64,000 bases of DNA from an uncultured Methanosarcinaceae archaeon. GTDB lineage: Archaea > Halobacteriota > Methanosarcinia > Methanosarcinales > Methanosarcinaceae. The translations under genes were made by a program, and so were the position numbers. Below the pieces are notes generated by a model that was not told the DNA's origin, did no database searches, and saw nothing but the letters and a program-made list of their open reading frames with translations. The DNA lies in NCBI GenBank assembly GCA_963833425.1, contig CAWHXP010000008.1, positions 372,578 through 436,577 of the forward strand, in the 5' to 3' direction. Positions 20,876-30,271 of this stretch are shown here, piece by piece (position 1 is the stretch's first letter; every line of letters starts with the position of its first letter).

Positions 20876-23656
20876 CTATGTGTGTTTGAAAATCCCTGAA
20901 TTGTACTTGCAAAAACTTACAAAAAAGCTGTTTAGGGGCCGGAAGTAGAAATCAGAATAATAGTGATTTTCCAGCATCCATTAATTGAGCTGATTTCAAA
21001 ACTAATATTGTAATAGAATAATGAAATTACTATTTTTAGAAATTCATATTTTTAGTGAATTTAGATATGTAATATTATAATTAGTAAAAAATATATAATT
21101 AATCGATTTTAAGATACAGAGTTTTTATAGCAAAGTCTATGCAAGCAGTAATCATATATTGAATAGGGCTCATACGAGTGAAATCAAAACATCATATTTA
21201 TAGATATATTTATATTAAAATAGAAAAATTTGTCTAATACTAACTTAAAATAAAAGTGCACTCAGTATTTGATTTTTAATTCAAGCTGTCCGCTCAAAAA
21301 TTAAAAGTATAGGAAAGTATGAAAATCTACACCATTTTACTCTTGTCTTTCTTTTTATAACGAGTATAGTATTCTTTCAACTTGTAAGCTGCAGCTGCTG
21401 TCACTGCTGTCGAAGCGCTACTGTTGCTATAACCACTAACGTTAGAGGACCATTAACTCCTTACTTTTAATTTTTTGAAAAATAGAGTTCAAAAAAATAA
21501 ATGGGTATCTGTTTTTTGAATAATTAGTGGGGGTGCATTAATTGGGGGAAACAAAAAAAGCTATATCTGATGCTCTCTAGTATAATATCATTTATTATTA
21601 TATAAATCAATGTTTATAGAGATAAATTATTAAGCTTTTCAGAAGTACTGTGAAAAAACGCACATAATAAACAGTACAGCATTAAAATATTTCTTTTTTT
21701 ATGTTTAAATTTTCAGGTAGATTTTTCCTTTTCTATGAATCATTAAACTTGCTTTGAGCCCAGTTTTCGTTGAAGTTACAAATGTTTCATCTTTTTTCTC
21801 AATACAGCATTGGCTTAAAAAATTCATTTCACCCTTAACGATTAAACTTTTAATATCTTATAGGATTGTAAAAATTTCCCATTAATATACTAACAATTGA
21901 CTTCAATCAATCAAAAATCCAAAAGAATAATAAACAGTAATAGATTTTCAAGCTCTCCAAATTTACCGAAACTTCCATGTAGCTTATTATTTCTCATCAA
22001 TACTTAATAATCACGCTTAACTTATCTTTTTTCCATGTCAGCGGTTGAATATTAACAGCGTTCTTACAAGCATCGTACCTAGCTTATAACAAAAAGTATC
22101 TTGGGAAAAAATATTATAGTATTTTCCAATAGAAATAAAGGGGTTTTGAATTTACTATATTCTAAATATTTAGATTTTAGTTATTTGTAGTGCTTGTATA
22201 TTATTACATATATTTAGTTAAATTTTCATTAAAATGTTGAGACTATACTCAATTGCTTTCTATAATTTGAGATTTTCCATAAAATTTTAAATTTGCCACA
22301 GCAGACGCATTAAAAAAGATTGTATGAAAGTTTGGAAGAGTTGTCTCTACTGCAAACACAAATACAGTCACTTCGAATATATACCAGTACATGTATATTT
22401 AATTCGAAATAAAACAAACACCTTCCAAGCAATTCTATTCTACCGGATGCAAATTTTTTTAGTCTATTTACTGATGTTTTTGTGGTACAATATACAGTTA
22501 TCTCCGTAGTTATTTTAAATTAATCATACGAAAAATCGTTTCTAAACAAAAAATAATTCCACATAAGATTTTTCACAACCAAAAAACAATTAAATATTAA
22601 AATGATTTTTTATTATTTCCTAATTCTTCAGAGTTTTAAAAGTGGGTAAAACTTAGATTATTCTGGCAGTGATTTTTACAGTATTCACCTAGAGCCAACA
22701 ACAAGTCGAATAGTCACCTTTTGATGAATCTTGCCTGCGAAACTGTTGATTGTTAATAGTCAAACATGATATCAATATTTTTATTTTTTTAATTGTATTA
22801 TTCATTAATTTCTTCTTAAGATAATACCATAATTAATATGAGTATTGAGCCTTTTAATCCAAATTCCGGGGTATTGTGCATGTGTTTCTGCGTTTGTTGT
22901 GTGATAGTTGAAGATTGTGTAACATCAAATGAACTATCTTGACTCAATGTACTCAAGTCATTTTTATTTTATTTGGCCAATAATTTATATTGAGAATTTA
23001 CGTAGGTTTAGTCACAAAGACTGTGTATATTATATTTATTGATACAGATTTATTTTTTCTGTCGTGGACTTAATAACGAGTTCCAGCTCCAATGTATGGG
23101 CTTATTGTAGCTTCAGCGAGCAAATAGACTTTTATTCCAAAAAAAATTTGACGGTTACATGTCAATCCTTAAAGGTAAGCATGATTCTCATGTTGGAAAA
23201 TTCTGCAAGAATACTTATACACTGTTCTAGTTTTTCTCCTTCGATTTTATAATAACCTAATGATAGAAAATGACCAATTTTTCAGATCAATTATTATTTC
23301 CAAAAAATATGGTGTGGGATTCTAGCAGCAATGTTAAAACTTTTTATGTAATTGTGACCTAACAAGATTATTTCGCTGATGCTGTGATCCTACTACTCAG
23401 AAGCAAACAGAACTAAGGCAAAGTATAATATCTAAACATTCAAAAACTGAATTAAACTTTATTGAGAAAACAACTATAAAAAGGTAATTTGGTACTCATA
23501 ATCTCACTTACTTTTTCTTCTATTTCTTAAATGAAAACAGGTTAAAAGTCTCATCAATCAGAAAATAATTAAAGTGCAATGACTTGGAATTTATTACTAA
23601 ATCAGCTATCTAAAACTGAAACAATTGATGATATAAATTCAGGAGAATAATCATTT

Positions 23657-24427
23657 ATGCAAATTAAGGGAATAGCCAGTGATACTCTCAATTTTATACT
23701 CGAAACCAGCAAGTCCGTGGCCCCGGAGGAGTTTGCCGGTCTTTTACAGGAAAATAACGGCATTATCACTGAAGTGCTTGTATTGCCTGGTACCGAATCC
23801 AGTGAACAAAACGCAGTTCTAAAGCTTTTCATGATGCCGAATATCAAAGCTGTAGGCTCGATTCACAGCCATCCAGGTCCAAACCGCAAACCTTCAAAAG
23901 TAGATCTACACCTTTTTTCAAAATCTGGGAATTGCCACATAATAGTGGGTTATCCTTATAATAAGCAGAGCTGGACATGTTACGATAATGAAGGAAATAT
24001 TAGGGAACTCCAAGTGCTTGATGTGAAGTTTGATAATTTCGAAGAAGCTAACCTTGACGGGGCTAACTTTGAAGGAGCTAACCTTAAAGGAACTGATTTT
24101 AAGAAAGCTAATCTTGAAGAAGCTGACCTTGAAGGAACTGATCTTGTAGGGGCTAACCTTGAAGGAACTGATCTTATAGGAGCTAACCTTTCAGGAGCTA
24201 ACCTTTCAGGAGCTAACCTTAAAAGGGCTAACCTTAAAAGAGCTAACCTTTTAGGAGCTAACCTTAAAGGAGCTGATTTTGAAGGGGCTAACCTTAAAGG
24301 AGTCAAAGAATTAACAATTGACCAACTTTCAAAAGTTAAAACACTTTATAACGCAAAATTGAACGACGGGCTTCTCATGTCCCTGACAGAAAAATATCCT
24401 ATCCTTTTTGAAAAACCAAAGCTATAG
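23657..24427 (+). CDS. JAB/MPN+ (JAMM) metalloprotease fused to a pentapeptide-repeat domain
   Basis: EEFAG...HSHPGPNRKPSKVD JAMM motif, followed by about 18 A(N/D)LxG/x pentapeptides and an LTIDQLSKVKTLYNAKL cap. Confidence 0.88.
   Translation: MQIKGIASDTLNFILETSKSVAPEEFAGLLQENNGIITEVLVLPGTESSEQNAVLKLFMMPNIKAVGSIHSHPGPNRKPSKVDLHLFSKSGNCHIIVGYPYNKQSWTCYDNEGNIRELQVLDVKFDNFEEANLDGANFEGANLKGTDFKKANLEEADLEGTDLVGANLEGTDLIGANLSGANLSGANLKRANLKRANLLGANLKGADFEGANLKGVKELTIDQLSKVKTLYNAKLNDGLLMSLTEKYPILFEKPKL
24042..24302 (+). repeat. 15-bp tandem repeats (GCTAACCTTNNNGGA) coding pentapeptide repeats
   Basis: Read directly from the sequence. Confidence 0.9.
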
Positions 24428-24561
24428 GTTTTCAAGGATCAAGCTTTTATATGACTTAAGGTTCCGTGTGGAATAAAGAGAAACAAAATATATGTTGTAG
24501 GTTCAAACGCTCATTAATCAGAAGCTTATAGAGTGTTACTTAGCATAAATAGAAAAATGAA

Positions 24562-26334
24562 TTAAAAATCAAAAAGTGTTTTTTGAGATTTAGACTCTAA
24601 TTTTTTAGGAAATTCTCCTGTTTCCGTATCAAAATTAACAGATTTAAGCTCTGTGACTTCCTCTAAAGAAGGTTCTTTTTTTGCAGGGTTTTCTTGTCTT
24701 GAGGGCTCAGTAGAGATCTTGTTGTCTACAGGTTCAGACCGGGAAAAGACGTTCTTTTCTAAATACTCTGAATTTTCAGCTAAAAAGTTATCATGTACTA
24801 AGCCATCAGGTTTATTACTTTCACAAGGTTTCTTTTCTTCAGAAATCTGAGATGAGAAATTAAAGCCTAGGTTGACAATTTTTTGCTCGTCGTCAGAAAC
24901 TCGGAATTCGGCAATTTCGAATTTCGCAGAAGATTTTTTTTCTTTTTTCTCTTGATTTTTAGTTCTGCAACTAGAGGAAATCTGCTTATTATTTTTTGAA
25001 GAGACTGGAGTTTTGAAAAATTCCGTTTTTTTTGCTTCCCTGTTTTCTTCATGGCGAAATTCCTGTGCCTCATCATATATTTTCTGCATCTTTCGACTAA
25101 CTTTTGTGCTTCCTGAAAGGTACATAAATTCCTCAAGTTCAAGCTTTAGGCATCCAATAATTTCAACAGAAGATGTTTCATCTTTTACCATGTGAGAGTA
25201 AATGTTTAGCAGATTTTTTCTGGAATAACGCATAGATTCAAAGCTGTGTTCTCCAATTTTTGAAACTATATTGTCTCGAATCTCTCTTTTTGAATGGATT
25301 TGTCCGAGTCTTCTCCAGAGAGAGGGCTGCGTGAACTTAATAAATCCTGGGTAGGATCTTGTCTTTGATATTACAGCTCCGCAGACCATAAGCATGCTGG
25401 CATATCTCCACATCCTATAATTCTGATGCTTCTTCACGCGGCCAAGATAGAGGTCAGCCCTTGAGAGATAACCAAAGCCAGTTCTGATGTCTCCAATTTT
25501 ACCGTCTTTGCAGAAATATTGAATAGGAAGATTCTCATCGATCCATTGTACAAGATCTTCAGGACTTTCATCGAGACCGCGTGTGACATCAAGGGCCTTT
25601 TTACAGTCTGTACTCTTAAATATTGTCTGCATTGCCTTGAAAATATTTTTTTTGTTTTCCCTTCCTGAAGTGCTGATGTCTTTTGCCTCCAGCACTTTTT
25701 TCCCAATAGCTGCAGCTTGAAGATCATTTATCGCACTTCGGAAGTCTCCTCCAGCATTTTCCGCAATCTTTAGGGCTACATCCGGGGCGCATGAGATTCC
25801 CTCACTCTCACACACTTTATTCAAAACAGACACCAATGAACGGCTCTGTACGGATCCGAACTTTATTTCAAGACAGAGGTTCCTGATAGTAGGGGTTAAC
25901 CCGTAAACATCGTTCGCAATCAGCACTATTGGCTGGAGCGTAGATTTTATAATCCCTGCAATAGCTCGAAGGCCCCCTCTATCTGCACTCCCATGAATAT
26001 TGTCTGCCTCATCCAGGATGATTAAGCGTTTTCCTCCAAAGAGAGTATCCATATACGCTGCTGATCCTGCAATCTTTTCGATCACAGCTGCTGTCCTCTG
26101 GTCACTTGCGTTGAGCTCGATTACTTCCCAAGCCAGATCCCGGGCAAGTGCATGAGCACTTGAAGTCTTACCTATTCCTGGGGGTCCGTGGAGGATCACT
26201 GCCCTTTTCTCAGGGATCCCCAAAAGCCACTCATCAGCCCATGTCCTCAAATATTGCACTGCCCTATTGTTCCCCACGATCTCTTTGAGGCTCTGGGGGC
26301 GGTATTCTTCAGCCCATTCAATTGCCGATGTCAT
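24562..26334 (-). CDS. rfcL: Replication factor C large subunit
   Basis: WAEEYRP, Walker [39 protein letters not shown] box QKTLFDF. Confidence 0.96.
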   Translation of the reverse strand: MTSAIEWAEEYRPQSLKEIVGNNRAVQYLRTWADEWLLGIPEKRAVILHGPPGIGKTSSAHALARDLAWEVIELNASDQRTAAVIEKIAGSAAYMDTLFGGKRLIILDEADNIHGSADRGGLRAIAGIIKSTLQPIVLIANDVYGLTPTIRNLCLEIKFGSVQSRSLVSVLNKVCESEGISCAPDVALKIAENAGGDFRSAINDLQAAAIGKKVLEAKDISTSGRENKKNIFKAMQTIFKSTDCKKALDVTRGLDESPEDLVQWIDENLPIQYFCKDGKIGDIRTGFGYLSRADLYLGRVKKHQNYRMWRYASMLMVCGAVISKTRSYPGFIKFTQPSLWRRLGQIHSKREIRDNIVSKIGEHSFESMRYSRKNLLNIYSHMVKDETSSVEIIGCLKLELEEFMYLSGSTKVSRKMQKIYDEAQEFRHEENREAKKTEFFKTPVSSKNNKQISSSCRTKNQEKKEKKSSAKFEIAEFRVSDDEQKIVNLGFNFSSQISEEKKPCESNKPDGLVHDNFLAENSEYLEKNVFSRSEPVDNKISTEPSRQENPAKKEPSLEEVTELKSVNFDTETGEFPKKLESKSQKTLFDF

Positions 26335-26840
26335 CTTAAACCCTATCGATAAGAACTGAACTCATTATTAACTGTATATGTTTTAATTTTTTGATATACA
26401 GTAACTATTTGACCGGGGTAAAACATTATCAACAGCCGTATTAAAAAATTTCAATAAGCCAGTTTCAGTGGGTTGACTTTAACTCCGTCAAGTATCCAAC
26501 ATCTTCTTGCGGGGATGTAAACTCTCCAGGGAACCGTTATCAACTAACTTATTTATATTTTATTTACTTCTGCACTATGAATTGGAACTACGTCATGAAA
26601 AGCTCAGTGTGCCCCTAAAATAAGATCTCATATTAATTTAAGTGTAAAATATATGAAAAATTTCCTCTTAGACAAAGATATTACCAACTATTTGAAATAA
26701 GTATGTTTCGAAATTGGTAGAACTTACTGTTTTGGGTTCGATGAAACGATAATGATGTTGATTAAATACAGTTTTTAGTTGATTCTAAACTAACATAAAT
26801 AACTATATTGTTCATCTAGGATCAATTCTATTAAGTTAGT

Positions 26841-27976
26841 ATGAGTAATTCAAAGATCTTGAAAGATTACTTAAGGAAGTGTCAAGCAGATGGACTGACG
26901 GAAGAGACAATTGCAACTGCTGAATATACACTTATAAAGTTCATAGAATGGTGTGGAGATCGAGAATTAAAGGATTTTACTACAGACGATGTTTACGATT
27001 ATCTGGATTTTATAAATGCCTATACATACATCAAAGCTGGTAAGGCTGTTAAATACTCCCCTGGTACACAGCAACGAATTAGAACTGTTTTGAAAAAATT
27101 CTTGACCTTTATTAATAGTGATCTTGGAGCCGTAATAAAGTTGCGGAAGCTAAAAAATGGGAAAATCCCCGAAGATATTTTGACTCGCGAAGAAATTGAA
27201 AAATTAATTGATTCATGTCGAAGTAACAGAGATCGGGCTATAATTGCTACGTTTTATGAAAGCGGAGCTAGAAGGGGGGATTACTAACAGTTCAACTTAA
27301 ACATGTGACTTTTGACGAGAATGGGGCAATCCTCAAGATCCAAAAAGGGAAAACAGGAAGTCGAAGCGTTAGGCTTGTATTAGCTTCATCTTATCTAAAA
27401 CAGTGAATTGACACGCATCCATTAAAGAATGATCTTGATGCTTACTTATTCTGTTCGACAAATTCTCCTTTTGGAGTCATCACATTTGTAGGACTTGCAG
27501 ATCAACTACACAAAATAGCAAGTAGAGCAGGTATCCAACAAAAAAGGGTTTACCCACATGCTTTTAGACATGCCAGAGCAACTCACTTAGCAGAACAATT
27601 GCCTGAACAACTTTTAAAAGAATATTTAGGTTGGACTAAATCAAGTAATAAGGCGAGTGTATATGTGCATATGTCAGGGCGAGATGTGGATAATGCTATA
27701 CTTAAATTGCATGGAATCGAGACTGAAGAATCTCACAAAAAATTCGCTGTTAATAAATGCCCACGTTGTAAGGAAATCAATCCAGAAAATGCTTTATTTT
27801 GCTTTAAATGTGGACTGCCACTTACGCAGGAAGCTTCAACAACTGTAGAATCTATAAAAACTGATTACTTACAGCTTGCAGATCTGGATGAAATCAGGGA
27901 AATGAAAAATACATTAAAGCAAGAGCTTGAAGAAATCTCAAAACTTAAGGAGACGATGCTCAAAGCTGGAAAATAA
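26841..27976 (+). pseudogene. Tyrosine integrase with C-terminal zinc ribbon; frameshift near 27280 and TGA at 27404
   Basis: RDRAIIATFYESGARRG(E)L, KGKTG, YPHAFRHARAT, YLGW, ASVYVH, CPRC...CFKCG. Confidence 0.9.
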
Positions 27977-28006
27977 ATTATATCTAATTGATAAGGGATT
28001 ATAATT

Positions 28007-29197
28007 TTAAAGAGTCCCTACTTTTGCTATACATTTTTCAAAGAAATGATCTAAAAAAACGTCATAATCTTCTGCTAGAGGCGACCAGTATTTGTCCGAC
28101 TTCTCATTCATTATATTAAAAAATTTACTATTTTCTTGCACGAATTCTTTTTCTTCGGTGGAAGCAGTTCCGTCTAGAATATCGCTCTGAAAGCAGTGGT
28201 CGAAAAGAAGCTCAATACTTATTATTTTCCTGTTCTGCTCAAAAGTTATTATTTGCAGTATTTCACGATACGTCTCTTTCCAATTTTCATCCACTAAGAT
28301 TCTGTTAAGTATCTCTTCAGATATCTTTTTTACCAAATTAGCCTGTTCGACTAGCATATCATTAGGTCTTTTCAATAACTCCAGATGCATTTCTTTAGGC
28401 ATGTTCAGAGCCATTACTTCAGATGCCATTTTAAATGAGATATTTTCTATCATTAATTTATAAAGTTCTTCAACTGATATTTCTTCGTATTCTATTGGCA
28501 ATGACCCTTCTACTATTTTCTGAAATGTTTCTTCCAACATTTCAATGTCTGCGGGTAATTTTAGAGATTTTTGACAAATCTCTGATTTCAGCGAATTGTT
28601 TATGCACTCACTATAAACCTCCAGCCAAATATTTGGGTTTGCTAAAATTCTTTTCATGAATTCAGTGTAAAGTTTACTAGTTGGACTTGCAATAGGTAAT
28701 AGGTGTGTCCAGAAAGTACCGCTTAGGGACATTTTATAAATTTCATCGGCTTTTGCATATAATGTTCCAACTTCATTTTTTAAGCACATGTCGAAAAAGG
28801 AAACGGATAGATACAACTGAATAAAGAATCTATTGGCATTAAGAGCTCCTGGAATCCAAGCTAACTGATCGCTGATCATATTTAAAGATTTTTTATATCG
28901 GTTTAATCGTATCTCAGGGAAATGAATTCTGATATTTTTTAAATTTTCAATTCTTTTTATGTCCCACCTATTAGCTAAGCCAGGCTTCCCTTGAATTTTT
29001 TCTATACTTGAATAAGGGCGGTATTGCAAGTCTTTCAGGTGTTTCTTTATATTCCCGTAATCTTTTATATCATATTCTCTCGCCAAAAATTCTCTTATTT
29101 TTGGCTCTGGGACAGCTCCATCACTGCTTATAATAAATTCAATTATCCCAGCTTTAACCTCATTCCATTTTAGATGATCTCCATGACTTCTTAGCAT
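28007..29197 (-). CDS. Hypothetical protein with probable N-terminal winged-helix domain (putative repressor)
   Basis: IIEFII...EPKIREFL...NIKKHLKDL N-terminus looks like a wHTH; divergent from the replication operon. Confidence 0.6.
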   Translation of the reverse strand: MLRSHGDHLKWNEVKAGIIEFIISSDGAVPEPKIREFLAREYDIKDYGNIKKHLKDLQYRPYSSIEKIQGKPGLANRWDIKRIENLKNIRIHFPEIRLNRYKKSLNMISDQLAWIPGALNANRFFIQLYLSVSFFDMCLKNEVGTLYAKADEIYKMSLSGTFWTHLLPIASPTSKLYTEFMKRILANPNIWLEVYSECINNSLKSEICQKSLKLPADIEMLEETFQKIVEGSLPIEYEEISVEELYKLMIENISFKMASEVMALNMPKEMHLELLKRPNDMLVEQANLVKKISEEILNRILVDENWKETYREILQIITFEQNRKIISIELLFDHCFQSDILDGTASTEEKEFVQENSKFFNIMNEKSDKYWSPLAEDYDVFLDHFFEKCIAKVGTL

Positions 29198-29337
29198 ATG
29201 CTATAAGATATGCTATAGGGTATAAAAAATTTATCTATCAATTTTTTTTTTAGGAAATATTTATCATTTTTTAAAATAACCATATGGTATTATTTTTTCT
29301 AAATCCTACATCCTTATATACAAAGTTAGCATATGCT
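29191..29337. promoter_or_regulatory. Divergent promoter region with palindromic CATATG-core boxes
   Basis: TAGCATATGCTA 29192-29203, half-site GATATGCTA 29207-29215, ACCATATGGT 29279-29288, TTAGCATATGCT 29326-29337. Confidence 0.6.
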
Positions 29338-29339
29338 TG

Positions 29340-29522
29340 ATGGTGACGAAAAGAAATTTTAATTTTGGAAAAAGAAAACTTCAGAAAGTAAGGTATTCCT
29401 TTTTAATTCCTTTGCCTGTTGATTGGGTCAACAGCATGGAAATTGGTAAAGGTAATTTGCTGGGAATTGAAATGCAAGAGGACTCTAGTTTAAAGATAAC
29501 CCCGGTTCCACAGGCCTGGTAA
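29340..29522 (+). CDS. AbrB/MazE/SpoVT-type small DNA-binding protein
   Basis: RKLQKV-YSFLIPLPVDWV-SMEI-KG-LL-IE-SSLKITP swapped-hairpin pattern. Confidence 0.75.
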   Translation: MVTKRNFNFGKRKLQKVRYSFLIPLPVDWVNSMEIGKGNLLGIEMQEDSSLKITPVPQAW

Positions 29523-29577
29523 GACTCTAAGGAACCAGGAGCGCAACACCAACCAACTAAAATAAGGAGATGTCGGC

Positions 29578-29739
29578 ATGAATAATATGACACCAAAAGA
29601 TATATCTTTTATCTCATGGGCGAAACAAACCTACACAAAACACCCTGAAATTTTGGACCACATGAGGAAGAGTACTGACCCATTAAAAAGGGCAATAGCA
29701 GTCCGAATTCTGAATAACGCAGGAGTAATTGAGCTTTAA
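29578..29739 (+). CDS. Small hypothetical protein (53 aa)
   Basis: AAGGAG SD upstream; open frame MNNMTPKDISF...NAGVIEL*; below the ORF-track cutoff. Confidence 0.5.
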   Translation: MNNMTPKDISFISWAKQTYTKHPEILDHMRKSTDPLKRAIAVRILNNAGVIEL

Positions 29740-29890
29740 AAAGAGAAACTGGGTATTGAAATTACCCGGAATCACACAAAGGGAAGGAAACCGACTGGAA
29801 AAGTCTTACTGTAGGTAATATCACTGTATCTTATTTTAATCCTTCTGTATGTGATTCTCTCTTCTTTTTGCCACTACGGGAGTTGAAAAC

Positions 29891-30091
29891 ATGTCATTCA
29901 ACCCGGTTGAGTTCTCCTGTCCACTTCGGTATACTTTATTTTATGTTTGGATGAAAGGAAAACAAATCCAGCTTGATCGAGATTACTATTACAAATCCAT
30001 TCTTTATGAAGCTTTCAATGATGTAAACCGGTTAATGTCCATATATGGGTTACACATTCTGCGTTTTCGAGGCTCAGGTGGTTCTAAATGA
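29891..30091 (+). CDS. Small hypothetical protein
   Basis: GGAG SD upstream; position in the operon between regulator and primase. Confidence 0.45.
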   Translation: MSFNPVEFSCPLRYTLFYVWMKGKQIQLDRDYYYKSILYEAFNDVNRLMSIYGLHILRFRGSGGSK

Positions 30092-30271
30092 CTGCTAGAA
30101 CTTTCATTAAACCTTGCAAAAAATAGCCTTCTACCTGTAGGATAAAACTTTGTTCAGAATATTACGAAGCTCGGGAAAATAATAATCTGCTTCTTAATAA
30201 CATTTAGGAGGGGATAACATACCCTCTTTTTATCCTGAAAATATTCCACAGGAAATGAAAGATATTCCTCA

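Noticed and set aside
23980..24306. Minus-strand ORF with RLAP repeats
   Set aside because: Antisense shadow of the pentapeptide repeats
26460..26540. GC-richer hairpin stretch before the integrase as a possible tRNA or att site
   Set aside because: No cloverleaf or T-loop consensus, and no matching direct repeat found at the other end of the element by eye
27404..27406. In-frame TGA in the integrase (and in SIR2 at 61382) as selenocysteine
   Set aside because: The integrase context (KQ*IDTHP) suggests a former Trp, both genes carry other lesions, and Methanosarcina are not known to use Sec
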